NCBI GenBank assembly: GCA_002305165.1 | Contig: DBQI01000028.1 | Coordinates: 6,801 to 70,800, forward strand | Direction of reading: 5' to 3' | DNA: 64,000 nt | DNA from: Armatimonadetes bacterium UBA1398 | GTDB taxonomy: Bacteria > Armatimonadota > Zipacnadia > UBA1398 | Shown here: one piece after another, positions 1 to 9,866 of the stretch | Layout of the letters: the number at the start of each line of letters is the position of its first letter | How positions within the stretch are numbered: the first letter of the stretch is position 1 | Translations under genes and position numbers: made by a program | Notes under the pieces: generated by a model | Databases searched by the model: none | Told to the model about the DNA's origin: nothing | What the model saw: the letters and a program-made list of their open reading frames with translations, nothing else

Positions 1-1292
1 GCGCGGATGTTGTAGATGTCCTCGGTGGTGAGCATGGTTCGAAACTCATCATCCCGCGGGAAGCGTTGGTTGTGCTTGCGAAGTAGCAACCCGGCCAGCA
101 CGCTCTCGTGGAAAGCGTTGGGATCGACTTCTCCCGCCAGGGAAGCGAAGATCTTGCTGAGCGCATTGGTCGGCACTCGACATATCATCCGCCGGAAAAC
201 GTAGCTCTCGACGAGGTCGAGGATCTCTAGCCAAGTGGGCTTGTCCAGGGTACCATCCGCGTGGTCCGCGTACAGCTTCAGAAGGAAGGGGTACGCCACA
301 TCGACTCTCAGGGCGTTGATCTGCGCGAAGCGAGATCGCAGATCGGGATCGGCCTCCTTCTCGAATGCCATGTTGACGAAGTACCGAGCGAACCGGTGGA
401 CGTCGGCCAGTATCGTCTCGATCGATCCCAGGGCGGTTGTGGGCGCATACTCTTTGAAGCCCACGTAGACGTCCCTGATGTTGGGGATCCGGCCTGTCTT
501 GACGGTCAGGAAGTCCCGCATGAAGCGGTCGAAGTGCTTCCCATAGTCCTCCTGGCCGAAGAGCTGCTCCATGGGGAACCAATGCTCTCGGTACAGTTCC
601 TCCTGCATCTCGGGCTCCTGGCCCATGAGGACGTAGTTGCGGATGAGGTCGGCCTGGCTGAGATCGAGGCCGGTGGAGTTCATGCTCTCAAAGATCAGTT
701 GAGGGTTGTCATGTTGCCGGTCCAGAGCGACATCTACCACGAAAAGACGTGCCAAAGCGCGGTACAGCTCATCCGGCTCGCGACCTGACCTGGCGATCTG
801 ATCCTCGAAGAAGCGGTAGTTGTTGAGCAACCGGCGGGAGGCATCCTCCTTGGGGTCCTTCCGGTCCACCAAGCGGATCAGGGTTTCCCTGTCGGCCTGG
901 GTCAACAGCAGCTTGTACTTGAGGTCGCCCTGCCCATGTGGGTTGCACAGGTAGTAATCGCGGATCTCCGCTGCGATGCCCTCGCGCTGTTGGCCCGTTG
1001 GGTCGAGATGGCTAGCGAGGGCGATCAGGAGCAGCGATGTGGTCGTGAGGCGCTGCTGCCCATCGATCACGAGCAGGCACGGGATGGACGAGACGTGGTA
1101 AAGCCCCTCCTCGATGTAGACGATCGAGCCAATGAAGTGGGCCGGCCTGTCTTCCTCCAGGGCGGTAAGGAGGTCCTGCCATAGCTGCCGGCAGTGTTTC
1201 ACCTCCCAGCTGTAGGTCCGCTGGAAGATGGGGATGCGGAATTGCTTCGGGCCCTGCATGAACTGGAGCAATGAGGTCTCTTTGGCTTTCAA
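1..1292 (-). CDS. DUF262 domain protein (GmrSD-like restriction endonuclease family), truncated by window edge
   Basis: Absent from the ORF track. Manual translation from TTG at 1292 gives MKAKETSLLQFMQGPKQFRIPIFQRTYSW, then the DUF262 motifs HFIGSIV, IDGQQRLTT and IFESMNSTG. The frame appears to run off position 1. Confidence 0.85.
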   Translation of the reverse strand, partial: MKAKETSLLQFMQGPKQFRIPIFQRTYSWEVKHCRQLWQDLLTALEEDRPAHFIGSIVYIEEGLYHVSSIPCLLVIDGQQRLTTTSLLLIALASHLDPTGQQREGIAAEIRDYYLCNPHGQGDLKYKLLLTQADRETLIRLVDRKDPKEDASRRLLNNYRFFEDQIARSGREPDELYRALARLFVVDVALDRQHDNPQLIFESMNSTGLDLSQADLIRNYVLMGQEPEMQEELYREHWFPMEQLFGQEDYGKHFDRFMRDFLTVKTGRIPNIRDVYVGFKEYAPTTALGSIETILADVHRFARYFVNMAFEKEADPDLRSRFAQINALRVDVAYPFLLKLYADHADGTLDKPTWLEILDLVESYVFRRMICRVPTNALSKIFASLAGEVDPNAFHESVLAGLLLRKHNQRFPRDDEFRTMLTTEDIYNIR

Positions 1293-1529
1293 GCGGGAGC
1301 GCCACCCTTCGGTTCGCCGGACGCTAGCCCAGACTCATTAGCCACTCGACGATCCGCGGTGGATCTGGTCTGGCGCCGGGAAGCGTCATCAACCCCTGGC
1401 TGGGTTCATGACTCAGACGGCCGCCACCTTCACAGAGTCGTAGGTAGCGCAAAAGGACAGCCGCGCGATGTGCGCAGCTTCGAACCACTCTCATCCCGCG
1501 ACAAGCCCCCCTGGGGGGACGGCCAAGCC

Positions 1530-4500
1530 TCAGGCCGGCCCGGCCTCGCCGGGGAGGGTCGCGTGGCTGGGTTGGTTCGGCCCCAGCGGCCTGCTCTGGC
1601 GCTCGATGTAGTCCGGCCAGAGCGGGCAGTTGAGATCGATCCAGGTCTTCACCCGCGCCATCTCGTCGCGGCTCAGCGCCACCTCGTGGTGGCCCGCGTT
1701 CAGCACCGACCACAGCGGGCTCTTCAGCGTGCCGAAGCTCAGGGGCGACAGCTTCTCGCACCCGCCCGAGTTCCAGCCGCAGTCCAGGTAGTGCACCAGC
1801 CCTCGGGTGATGAGGGTCCGGTAGCTCGTGGGGACCCGCTCGGCGTTGAGGTCGCCTCGGAGGTCCAGCCCCTTGGGGTGGCTCTCGTTGTGGCATGAGA
1901 CGCAGTTCGCGTCCCACACGGGCTGGACGATCCGCTCATAGCTGAAGGGCTCGCCGCCCCACTCGGGTGTCTGCATCTCGACGGGCGACCGGAACATCGC
2001 CTCGGCCTGGGTGACGGGCGGCGCCTCGACCCGGTCCTCGTGGCAGCCGATGCAGCTCCGAGCCTCGCCCGGCTGCAGGTGAACCATGCTCCGCATGCGC
2101 TGGATCTCGTTGAGGTCCTCATCGAGGGCTTGGAAGTAGAGGACCTTCCCCGCGGGCGCAGTGAAGCTCGCCGAGCCGTCCTCATCCACCGGCACCAGCC
2201 CCAAGGGGGCTTTGGCGACGTAGGTGGGCCAGCCGTAGGGGCCCGAGACGACGTCGACGGGCGAGGCGTACCACTTCACGAAGTCCTCGTGGTCGCGGTT
2301 GGGGTCCATGTGCAGGTTGTGCCGGACCTCCTCGACGACGCGCAGCCACTTCACGGAGCCGCGTTCGACGTCCTCGCCCAGCCCCCGGTAGACATCCATG
2401 AGGACGAAGCGGCCCGTCTCCTCCGCCTGCCCCGCGACGGCGTCGGGGATGATGGGCGGGAGCGGCCGGGGCGCCAGCGGGATGGGCCCCATGCTCCCGT
2501 AGACGGGGTCGAGGTGGAGGATCTCGCGGTTGCCGTAGCGGTCGATGACGTAGAGGCCGAAGCGGTCCTCGGCGGCGTGGGAGACGAGGAAGAGGTCTCG
2601 GGAGATGGGGTACGGGTCGCGGAAGCACTCGGTCCGAGGCCACATCCCCGGCCACGGCACCTCGGGGGTGATGGAGGTGATCGCCGCGGGGTTGAAGCGC
2701 CCCTTGCTGAGGTCGAGGAGAGCAATGGGGCCGTTGATGTCGCCGAAGTGGCTGACGAGGGTGCAGGCGATCTCCTGGGTACCAGGCACCTCGCGGCCGC
2801 TCGCGTAGCCGTTGGGCTGGATGATGGTATTCCCGAAGACGAGCTCGGGCCGGGTGCCATCGGGGTTGGTGGCCCAGAGGGTCTGAGTGAAGTCGGCGCC
2901 CTTGTCGATGTACTCCCAGCGGGTCCAGATGATCCGGCCATCGTTCATGACCGACGGCGCCCACTCGCTCAGGGAGGAGAAGGAGAGGGGCCGGAGGTCG
3001 GAGCCGTCGGGGGCCATGCGGAAGAGGACGGCCGAGGCGCCGCGGAAGCAGAAGACGCGCGCGGTGCAGCGGGTGGAGATGAAGGCGAGGTCGCCGTCGG
3101 GTAGCGGGCAGGGGTAGTAGTCGTGGAAGGGCCCGTCGGTGAGCTGGGTTAGGCCGCGTCCATCGGGGTTCATGGCCATGAGGTGGTAGAAGCCATCGGC
3201 CGCGGGCCGGTAGCCGAAGTAGACGCGCTGTTGGGCGAAGTCGGGTATGGGGTCGCGGGCGATGCCGCCGGCGGAGTCGAAGAGGACGGTGCGGCTCCGC
3301 TGGCTGACGGCGAGGCCGTTCTCCCAGGGGATCTCAAGCACGCACACGCCGCCCCCGGGGCGGAAGGGCGCGTCCGTGTAGTCCGTGTAGATATGGGAGG
3401 GCTCGAAGGGATGGCGCTCGACGTAGAGGATCCGCTGCAGGGGCGCCAAGTCGGGGTCGCGCAGGAAGATCTCTCGCTTGAGCAGTCGGGCGCGGAAGAA
3501 GAGGTCGCGGGGGTCGGCGTCTCCTGCGGCGCGCTCGGTCTCGAGGTCACGGAGCCGCCGGGCCTCGTCGGTCAGCCGCACGCCCCTCGCGCTGAGCCGC
3601 CGCAGCAGCTCGCCGGCCATGTCCAGGGCGCGCTTCGCGGGGTCGTAGGCGAGAAGCTGGATCGTGTAGGTGGTCCCCTGCCAATCGACGGAGGCGGTTC
3701 CCGCGACGCCGAGGGACCCCGGCGCCAGGTCGACCCTCGGCTGTGGCGCCTCGCCACCCACGCGGCTCACCCGGACCTCGAAGCCTCCCTGGCCATCGGG
3801 CTGGGCCGCGAGGCCGATAGGGGCGAGCCGGGCGTTCACGGCGCGCCCAAGGGCGGAGGTATGGTGGCCGCCGAAGCCCAGGCCGATGCGCAGTCCCAGG
3901 GCGTCGGCGTCGGGCAGAACGTCGAGGGGGACCCGAGCTTCCATCACCACGCCGCCAGCCTCGCCCAGGGCGATGGCCGCCTCGACGGGGCGCTCGGTCC
4001 AAAGGTCCACGTCGGGCTGGTGGACCCGGAGGACGACTTGCTGATCCTGAAGCTCCAGGCAGACGTTCGCGGACCAGTCGGCGGTGGAGATGAGGATCAG
4101 GCGGCCCTGGAGGAGCCGGTTCGCCTCGAGGGCGAGGCAGAGGTCACCCCCGTGGACGCAGGCGCGGAGGCGGTGCTCGACGAGAGCGCCGTCCTGGAAG
4201 TCGTCAGCCGCGGCGACTCGGACGGCGCCCGTGGAGGCCTGGGCCCACTCCCGCGGGCCGATGGAGCCGTCGATGTCGGGCGCGTCGCCGAGGGGCGGGA
4301 TGGGGATGAAGTCGTCGGGGACGTGCCGCGGGTACTCGGTGACGCGTCCGTTGTACGGCACGAGCCCGGGATCGAGGTCGGCGTAGCCGAAGGTCTTCAG
4401 CCACGCGTGCTCCTCGGCGACGAAGGCGTAGCGGAGGAGCTCCTCCTCGCTCAGCGCACGCGGCTCGGGGGGCATTAGCGCGGCCTGGGCGACGGCGTCG

Positions 4501-5570
4501 GAGATGGGATCGGGGCCGCCGTAGATCTCGAGCTCGTCGATACGCGGCTCGCCCACCGCTTCGTCGATGGCGACGCGGACCCAGCGGGCACGAACGGGCT
4601 GGAAGCCTATGACACGGCGTTCGTGCAGGGGTGACTCGATGGTGGCGGCGGTGGCCCAGGCGGGGTCGTCGGAGTCATCGGCATAGGTCGTCGCGGCGAG
4701 GATACGAGCGCGGCCCGTGGCGCGATCCGTGTAGGCGCCCGAGTTGTCGTTGCCGAGTGCGACCTGGTAGACCCACCGCTCGGCGCCGAGATCGATCTCG
4801 GCCCAGCCCGTGGAAGCGTCGGCGATCCAGCTCCGGTCATTGCCCCCGCGGCCGTCGTTGAGATGGGCCACCCGATGTAGGGGGTTCGCGCCGTCAGCCA
4901 GGACCGATGAGGCGCTCGCTTCCCCGTCGAGAGCGAGGTTCGCGTGGCCATGCTCGTTCACGCGCGGCGCATCGAGGACGGCTTGAGGGGCGCGGCCGGG
5001 CAGGGGCGGAGGAGGAGGCAGAGCAGGCGCGCCGGAGCTGCCCGGCGCGCGGAAGGCGGCCTCCAGGGCCGAGGTCCACTCTGCCCCATCCAGGGAGACG
5101 AGCACCTGGACTCGCGCGGGCACTCTGTCCGTGAAGCTGCCGTTGCGGTCGCGGCTGAGGACGACGAGGCCGATCTCGGCGGGTTCGGGCAACTCGATCT
5201 GGGCCCACTCTCCGGCGGCGCCGGCGGCGACCCAGCTACAGGCGTTGCCGTAGAGGCCGTCGTTGAGATGCTCGACGGCGTGGGCGGAGTAGCCGGTGAT
5301 GACGGACGAGGCGGAGGCCACGGCGCCGGGGCCGACGGCCAGGTTCGACTCGCCGCCGGGGGCATAGAGCTCGAGCTCGTCGAGGCAGGGCGCCATGCCG
5401 TCAAGGGAGCCGTCGAGGACGATCCGCACGTACCGGGCCGTGACGGGTGGATCCAGGGCCAATCGGTTCGGCTCGGCGGGACGGAAAAGCTCCGCCGCGC
5501 TCGCCGAGGCTGCGAGGGCTAGCAGCAGCAGTGAAGCGCTGAGGATAGGACGCGCGCGCACGTGGATCAC
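1530..5570 (-). CDS. Secreted multidomain protein: two discoidin (F5/8C)-like domains, CBM9-like region, HzsA-related beta-propeller and middle domain, two CxxCH motifs
   Basis: Signal peptide; repeated HLNDG..GN..SW; TolB-like repeats (LTQLTDGPFHD, DGRIIWTRWEYID); DGSASFTAPAGKVLYFQALDE..QRMRS; CIGCH and CVSCH. Confidence 0.8.
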   Translation of the reverse strand: MIHVRARPILSASLLLLALAASASAAELFRPAEPNRLALDPPVTARYVRIVLDGSLDGMAPCLDELELYAPGGESNLAVGPGAVASASSVITGYSAHAVEHLNDGLYGNACSWVAAGAAGEWAQIELPEPAEIGLVVLSRDRNGSFTDRVPARVQVLVSLDGAEWTSALEAAFRAPGSSGAPALPPPPPLPGRAPQAVLDAPRVNEHGHANLALDGEASASSVLADGANPLHRVAHLNDGRGGNDRSWIADASTGWAEIDLGAERWVYQVALGNDNSGAYTDRATGRARILAATTYADDSDDPAWATAATIESPLHERRVIGFQPVRARWVRVAIDEAVGEPRIDELEIYGGPDPISDAVAQAALMPPEPRALSEEELLRYAFVAEEHAWLKTFGYADLDPGLVPYNGRVTEYPRHVPDDFIPIPPLGDAPDIDGSIGPREWAQASTGAVRVAAADDFQDGALVEHRLRACVHGGDLCLALEANRLLQGRLILISTADWSANVCLELQDQQVVLRVHQPDVDLWTERPVEAAIALGEAGGVVMEARVPLDVLPDADALGLRIGLGFGGHHTSALGRAVNARLAPIGLAAQPDGQGGFEVRVSRVGGEAPQPRVDLAPGSLGVAGTASVDWQGTTYTIQLLAYDPAKRALDMAGELLRRLSARGVRLTDEARRLRDLETERAAGDADPRDLFFRARLLKREIFLRDPDLAPLQRILYVERHPFEPSHIYTDYTDAPFRPGGGVCVLEIPWENGLAVSQRSRTVLFDSAGGIARDPIPDFAQQRVYFGYRPAADGFYHLMAMNPDGRGLTQLTDGPFHDYYPCPLPDGDLAFISTRCTARVFCFRGASAVLFRMAPDGSDLRPLSFSSLSEWAPSVMNDGRIIWTRWEYIDKGADFTQTLWATNPDGTRPELVFGNTIIQPNGYASGREVPGTQEIACTLVSHFGDINGPIALLDLSKGRFNPAAITSITPEVPWPGMWPRTECFRDPYPISRDLFLVSHAAEDRFGLYVIDRYGNREILHLDPVYGSMGPIPLAPRPLPPIIPDAVAGQAEETGRFVLMDVYRGLGEDVERGSVKWLRVVEEVRHNLHMDPNRDHEDFVKWYASPVDVVSGPYGWPTYVAKAPLGLVPVDEDGSASFTAPAGKVLYFQALDEDLNEIQRMRSMVHLQPGEARSCIGCHEDRVEAPPVTQAEAMFRSPVEMQTPEWGGEPFSYERIVQPVWDANCVSCHNESHPKGLDLRGDLNAERVPTSYRTLITRGLVHYLDCGWNSGGCEKLSPLSFGTLKSPLWSVLNAGHHEVALSRDEMARVKTWIDLNCPLWPDYIERQSRPLGPNQPSHATLPGEAGPA

Positions 5571-5692
5571 TCCCGGCGTGGTGCGTGGATCTGTGCCGGG
5601 TGTATTGGCCGGAGCGGCGGGCGGTTCCTTGCTGGGCGGAGGTTCGGCGGAACAGCCGGGTGAAACGCCCGGCCGCTAAGGGGGCATCTACC

Positions 5693-8452
5693 ATGCTGAC
5701 CACCGTCCTGCTCGTGACGACCTCTCTCTGCGCCGCGCCTGTGGAGCTCTCCACCAACCACTTCCGCCTCCTCCTCGGACCCGATGCCACTCTGCAAGGC
5801 TTCGTAGACACGGCAGCGGGCCACGACTACGCAGCGGCGCCGGAGGAGAATGCGGTCTTCTGGGCCATGGCGGGTGGCGCGACGGTGCCGGCGACGGCCC
5901 TCAAGCGCGCGGGCCGGATGCTCCGGGTGGAGTTTGGTCACGCCGGCAGCATGACGTTGGCCGTGCAGGAGGGCGTGAACATCCTCACGCTGACCCTGCA
6001 GGGGGTGACGGGGGAGTCCGTCGAGTCGGTGGCTCTGTGCGACCTCCCGACGAGCCTCCCCGAGAGCCTGGACGCCCCCTTCGTCGCTTGCGCCCTGGCG
6101 CGGAACAACCGAACGAACGTGGCTGCGGTGCCCGGCCCGACAGCGCGACTCGCGGCGGTGGCATACGCGGATCTCGGGTTCGCGGGGGCGTCGGTGGCGC
6201 TCATTGGCTGTCCCCCGGAGCGGATGCGCGCGATCCTCCAGGAGGCTATCCTCGGCGCGCCCGAGGTGCCGACATCGGCCCTCGGTGGACCCTTCGCTCT
6301 CGACGATCCCCGGACCCGAAGCTCCTACATCTTCAACTTCGGGGGGCTCACCGAGGAGACGGCGGACGAGTGGATCGAGAAGGCCCGCTCGCTGGGGTTC
6401 GACCAGATCCATATCCACGGCGGCCCCTCCATCGGGAGCGCCTTCCGTTTCGGCGACTGCGCCCTAGACCCGGCGGTCTACCCCGAGGGGCGGGCGAGCC
6501 TGCGTCGAGCCATCGACCGCATCCATGAGGCGGGCATCCTGGTCGGGATGCAGCCCTATGCCTTCTTCGTGTCGAAGGAGAGTCCGTGGGTCACCCCCGT
6601 GCCGGATCCGGGTTTGGCGGCGAAGGCGGCGTTCACCCTCGCTGCCGACGTGGCCCCTGGCGATGTCGAGGTGCCTGTGGCGGAATCCACGGCGGGTGTG
6701 TCAACGATCACCGGGTTCTTCGAGCGGAACAGCGTGACACTCCGGGTGGAGGAGGAGTTGATCGTCTTCACAGGGGTCAGCGCCGAGCCGCCCTATCGGT
6801 TCACGGGCTGCCAGCGGGGCGCCTATGGGACAACGGCGTCGGCTCATCCTGCGGGCGAGAAGGCCTACCATCTCCAGGAGTGCTTCGGGCTGTTCCTACC
6901 CGACCCCCACTCGCCGCTATTCCAGGAGGTCGCCCAAGCGACGGCTGACTTCGTGAATGAGTGCGGTTTCGACGCGATCTACTTCGACGCGCTCGACGGG
7001 GAGGACACCCTAGGCGGCGCGGAGCGCTCGTGGCACTACGGCTCGGGGTACGTCTACGAGGTGCTGAATCGGCTGAACCGGCCCGTCATCGTGGAGATGA
7101 GCACCTTCTACCATCACCTGTGGCCCGTGCGCTCCCGGCTGGGCGCATGGGACCACCCGAATCGCTGCCACAAGCAGTTCATTGACGCTCACGTAGCGGC
7201 GAATCTGCCCCATGAGCGAATGTTCCTGCTGAGCAACCTGGGATGGTGGGCCTTCGTGTGCTCCGGCGCGCCCGAGGTCGAGGCGACCTATCCCGACGAC
7301 ATCGAGTACCTCTGCGCCAAGGCGCTGGCCAAGGACAGCGGCCTCAGCCTGACCAGCTATGAAGTGGGCATGCCCCTCCACCGGCGTCTGGCCGACGTGA
7401 TGCGGCGGTGGCAAGGGTTCCGGCGTGAGCATGGCCTCTCGCCCGAGGCGCTCGCCGCCCTGGCGGAGCCGGGGGCGGAGTTCACCCTGCGGGGCGAGGG
7501 GGCCGAGGCGACGGTCCACCCTGTCGCGGCCACCACGGCCAGGGTAACGGATGGGAGCGCGGAGATCGCCCTGGCGAACCCCTATGAGGCCCAAGCGCCC
7601 TTCGTCCGCATCGAGGCCCTGCACGGCTGCGCGCCCTGGGATGACCCGAATGGGGTCACCCTCATCGACCCCGCGGACATGGGGGCGCTGACCGCCTCGG
7701 AGGCCGCGCCCGGGGTGACGATGACTGCCTCGACGGCGTCGGACCTCACCCCCACCGGCGACTCGACCTTCGCCCTGGAGATGGCGAGCGAGCGTGAGGA
7801 GGCCTTCGGCTCGTGGGCGCGTCTGACGAGAGCCTTCGACCCGCCCCTGGACCTGGGTGACCGGCAGGCCCTGGGGCTGTGGGTCTATGGCGATGGCCAG
7901 GGGGAGCTGCTGAACCTCCAGCTACGGAGCCCGGACCACATCACGCGCTCCATGGCGGAACGGTACGTCACGGTGGACTTCGAGGGATGGCGGTACTTCG
8001 AGCTGATCGAGCCCGATGCCGACCGTTGGGCGGGCATGGGGTGGCCGTACGGGCATCCGTACTATATCTACCGGGAGTACCCGAGCTTCGGGGCTATCCG
8101 GTCCATCGACGTGTGGTGCAACGGCCTTCCGCCGGGCGGGAGGTGCCGGGTTCTCGTGAGCGCGGTGCGGGCTCTGCCGCTGCGCCCGGTGCGGGTGGAG
8201 GGAGTGGAGATCGCGTCGGACGGGCAGAGGCTGGCGCTGGACGCTACGCTGGAGACGAACAGCTTCCTGGAGCTAACGCCGGAAGGCGCGGTGACGACCT
8301 ACGACCGTTGGGGGAACGTCCTCGGTGAGTACGCCGCGCTGAGCGGCTGGGTGGCGCCGAGCGGCGAGTCATCGCTGAGCGTTGCCCTGAAGGGCGAGGG
8401 CTCCCCTCGGGCGCGGGTGAGGGTTAGTGTGACGGGCCCGGCGCTGGAGTGA
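5693..8452 (+). CDS. Large secreted hypothetical protein, putative glycoside-hydrolase-like TIM barrel plus CBM-like C-terminus
   Basis: Long ORF with signal peptide from ATG 5693; GFDQIHIH, AIDRIHEAGILVG and GFDAIYFDALDG motifs; LGLWVYGDG CBM-like segment. Confidence 0.6.
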   Translation: MLTTVLLVTTSLCAAPVELSTNHFRLLLGPDATLQGFVDTAAGHDYAAAPEENAVFWAMAGGATVPATALKRAGRMLRVEFGHAGSMTLAVQEGVNILTLTLQGVTGESVESVALCDLPTSLPESLDAPFVACALARNNRTNVAAVPGPTARLAAVAYADLGFAGASVALIGCPPERMRAILQEAILGAPEVPTSALGGPFALDDPRTRSSYIFNFGGLTEETADEWIEKARSLGFDQIHIHGGPSIGSAFRFGDCALDPAVYPEGRASLRRAIDRIHEAGILVGMQPYAFFVSKESPWVTPVPDPGLAAKAAFTLAADVAPGDVEVPVAESTAGVSTITGFFERNSVTLRVEEELIVFTGVSAEPPYRFTGCQRGAYGTTASAHPAGEKAYHLQECFGLFLPDPHSPLFQEVAQATADFVNECGFDAIYFDALDGEDTLGGAERSWHYGSGYVYEVLNRLNRPVIVEMSTFYHHLWPVRSRLGAWDHPNRCHKQFIDAHVAANLPHERMFLLSNLGWWAFVCSGAPEVEATYPDDIEYLCAKALAKDSGLSLTSYEVGMPLHRRLADVMRRWQGFRREHGLSPEALAALAEPGAEFTLRGEGAEATVHPVAATTARVTDGSAEIALANPYEAQAPFVRIEALHGCAPWDDPNGVTLIDPADMGALTASEAAPGVTMTASTASDLTPTGDSTFALEMASEREEAFGSWARLTRAFDPPLDLGDRQALGLWVYGDGQGELLNLQLRSPDHITRSMAERYVTVDFEGWRYFELIEPDADRWAGMGWPYGHPYYIYREYPSFGAIRSIDVWCNGLPPGGRCRVLVSAVRALPLRPVRVEGVEIASDGQRLALDATLETNSFLELTPEGAVTTYDRWGNVLGEYAALSGWVAPSGESSLSVALKGEGSPRARVRVSVTGPALE

Positions 8453-9866
8453 TGGACTCGAGAAGCTGATCGAGGAGAGCGAGCCGCTCGCCGGGCCAGG
8501 TGAGATCGACGGTCAGGACGCCGCCAGCCCAGGCCACCGCGAGCACCTGGCGGCCCGCTTCCGCGTTCGTCACCGAGAGGGACTCCATTCCGGCGAGGAG
8601 GCCCCGGGCCGGCTCGCCCTCCATGAGGGCCGCCAGGGCCACCGAAGCCGACGCCCCCTCCCCTCCCCCCGCGGCGATCAAGGCCGTGCCCTCGGGCCCC
8701 GTTAGCCGCAGGACCTCGCCCATTTCGGATACATCCCACCCGGGGGGCACTCCGACGGTGAAGGGCGCCGCGGGGTGCCGCGCAACGCGCCACTCGGAAG
8801 CTGTGGCCTCAGCGGAGGGCTCGACCACGCCCTCCCTCGCGATGGCGCGCGCGAGGGGAACGAGGTCGCGGAGCAGCTCGGGGAAGCTGGGGATGCCCCT
8901 GGGGCGGCTGAGCCGGGGAACGATCACCTCGGGCGGGACGGCCAGGCCGAAGGCAGCAACCCGCACCTGGCCCCCCGACGGCCACACGATGGCATCTCCA
9001 TCGGGCGAGGCTCGCCAGCCCTCGGCGTCGTGGGCGACGGGCCGGAGGACGTCGCCCGCCCAGGTAACTGAGAGGACCTCCCCCCTATGGCCGACGAGCA
9101 CACGCTGGCCCCACTGCCCCACGGCGATGGAATCGGGCGTCCACGGAAGCGCGAGGGTGGAGACGGTGCTGGTCACGAGGTCGACCCGGCGCAACTCCGC
9201 ACCGACGGTGAGAGCCAGCCGACATCCGCAACCGGAGAGGGCGGCCCGATCCGCCTCTTCGGTGAAGAAGGCAGTGGCCTCCCCCACCGCACGGACCTCA
9301 ACGGCCCTCTGCCCGTGGAGAAGGAGCCGGTCTCCCCGGTCGGAGATCCCGATGGCCCGGAAGGGCCCGCCGGCGATGAGCTCGTGGCCTTCGCCCATCG
9401 CTAGGAACGCTCTGCCCCCGCTATCGAGGGCGACGATGCGGGAGGGTTCGGCGGAGAGGGCGACGGTGGCTATGGCGGCGCCCGGTTCCAGCCCCAGGAG
9501 GGGCGCTAGGTCAGCGGGCCCGCCCAGGGCGGTCGGCACGAGAAGGTTGCCCCCCACGGCGAGCAGCCGGCCGTCGGAGCTTCGTTCGATGGGCCCTTCC
9601 TCGGGGCACAGGGTCAGGACTCGGGCATCGGCGCCATCCCACCGGCAAGTGACGAGGTCGGCGCCGTCCGGGCGAGGCACGAGGAAGGCGAGCTGCCGTC
9701 CCCCGTCCCAGCACACGGGGCGCTCGCCCTCGGCGACCGTCCACGCCGTCCAGTCCGAGGCGGCGGGCCACGTCGCGAGGACGGTGATCAGGAGCGCGAG
9801 GCTACTCGATGGGCGGGATGACCTCGAAGCTCCCGTCGGTGTAGAGCACGAGCCTGCCCTGGTCAT
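8424..9866 (-). CDS. Secreted hypothetical protein with beta-propeller-like repeats
   Basis: ORF 8424..10064; likely start at ATG 9866 before a hydrophobic signal (SLALLITVLATWPAA); SSDGRLL, SDRGDRL and SPDGDAI repeats. Start is uncertain. Confidence 0.55.
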   Translation of the reverse strand: MTRAGSCSTPTGASRSSRPSSSLALLITVLATWPAASDWTAWTVAEGERPVCWDGGRQLAFLVPRPDGADLVTCRWDGADARVLTLCPEEGPIERSSDGRLLAVGGNLLVPTALGGPADLAPLLGLEPGAAIATVALSAEPSRIVALDSGGRAFLAMGEGHELIAGGPFRAIGISDRGDRLLLHGQRAVEVRAVGEATAFFTEEADRAALSGCGCRLALTVGAELRRVDLVTSTVSTLALPWTPDSIAVGQWGQRVLVGHRGEVLSVTWAGDVLRPVAHDAEGWRASPDGDAIVWPSGGQVRVAAFGLAVPPEVIVPRLSRPRGIPSFPELLRDLVPLARAIAREGVVEPSAEATASEWRVARHPAAPFTVGVPPGWDVSEMGEVLRLTGPEGTALIAAGGGEGASASVALAALMEGEPARGLLAGMESLSVTNAEAGRQVLAVAWAGGVLTVDLTWPGERLALLDQLLESITPAPGPSH

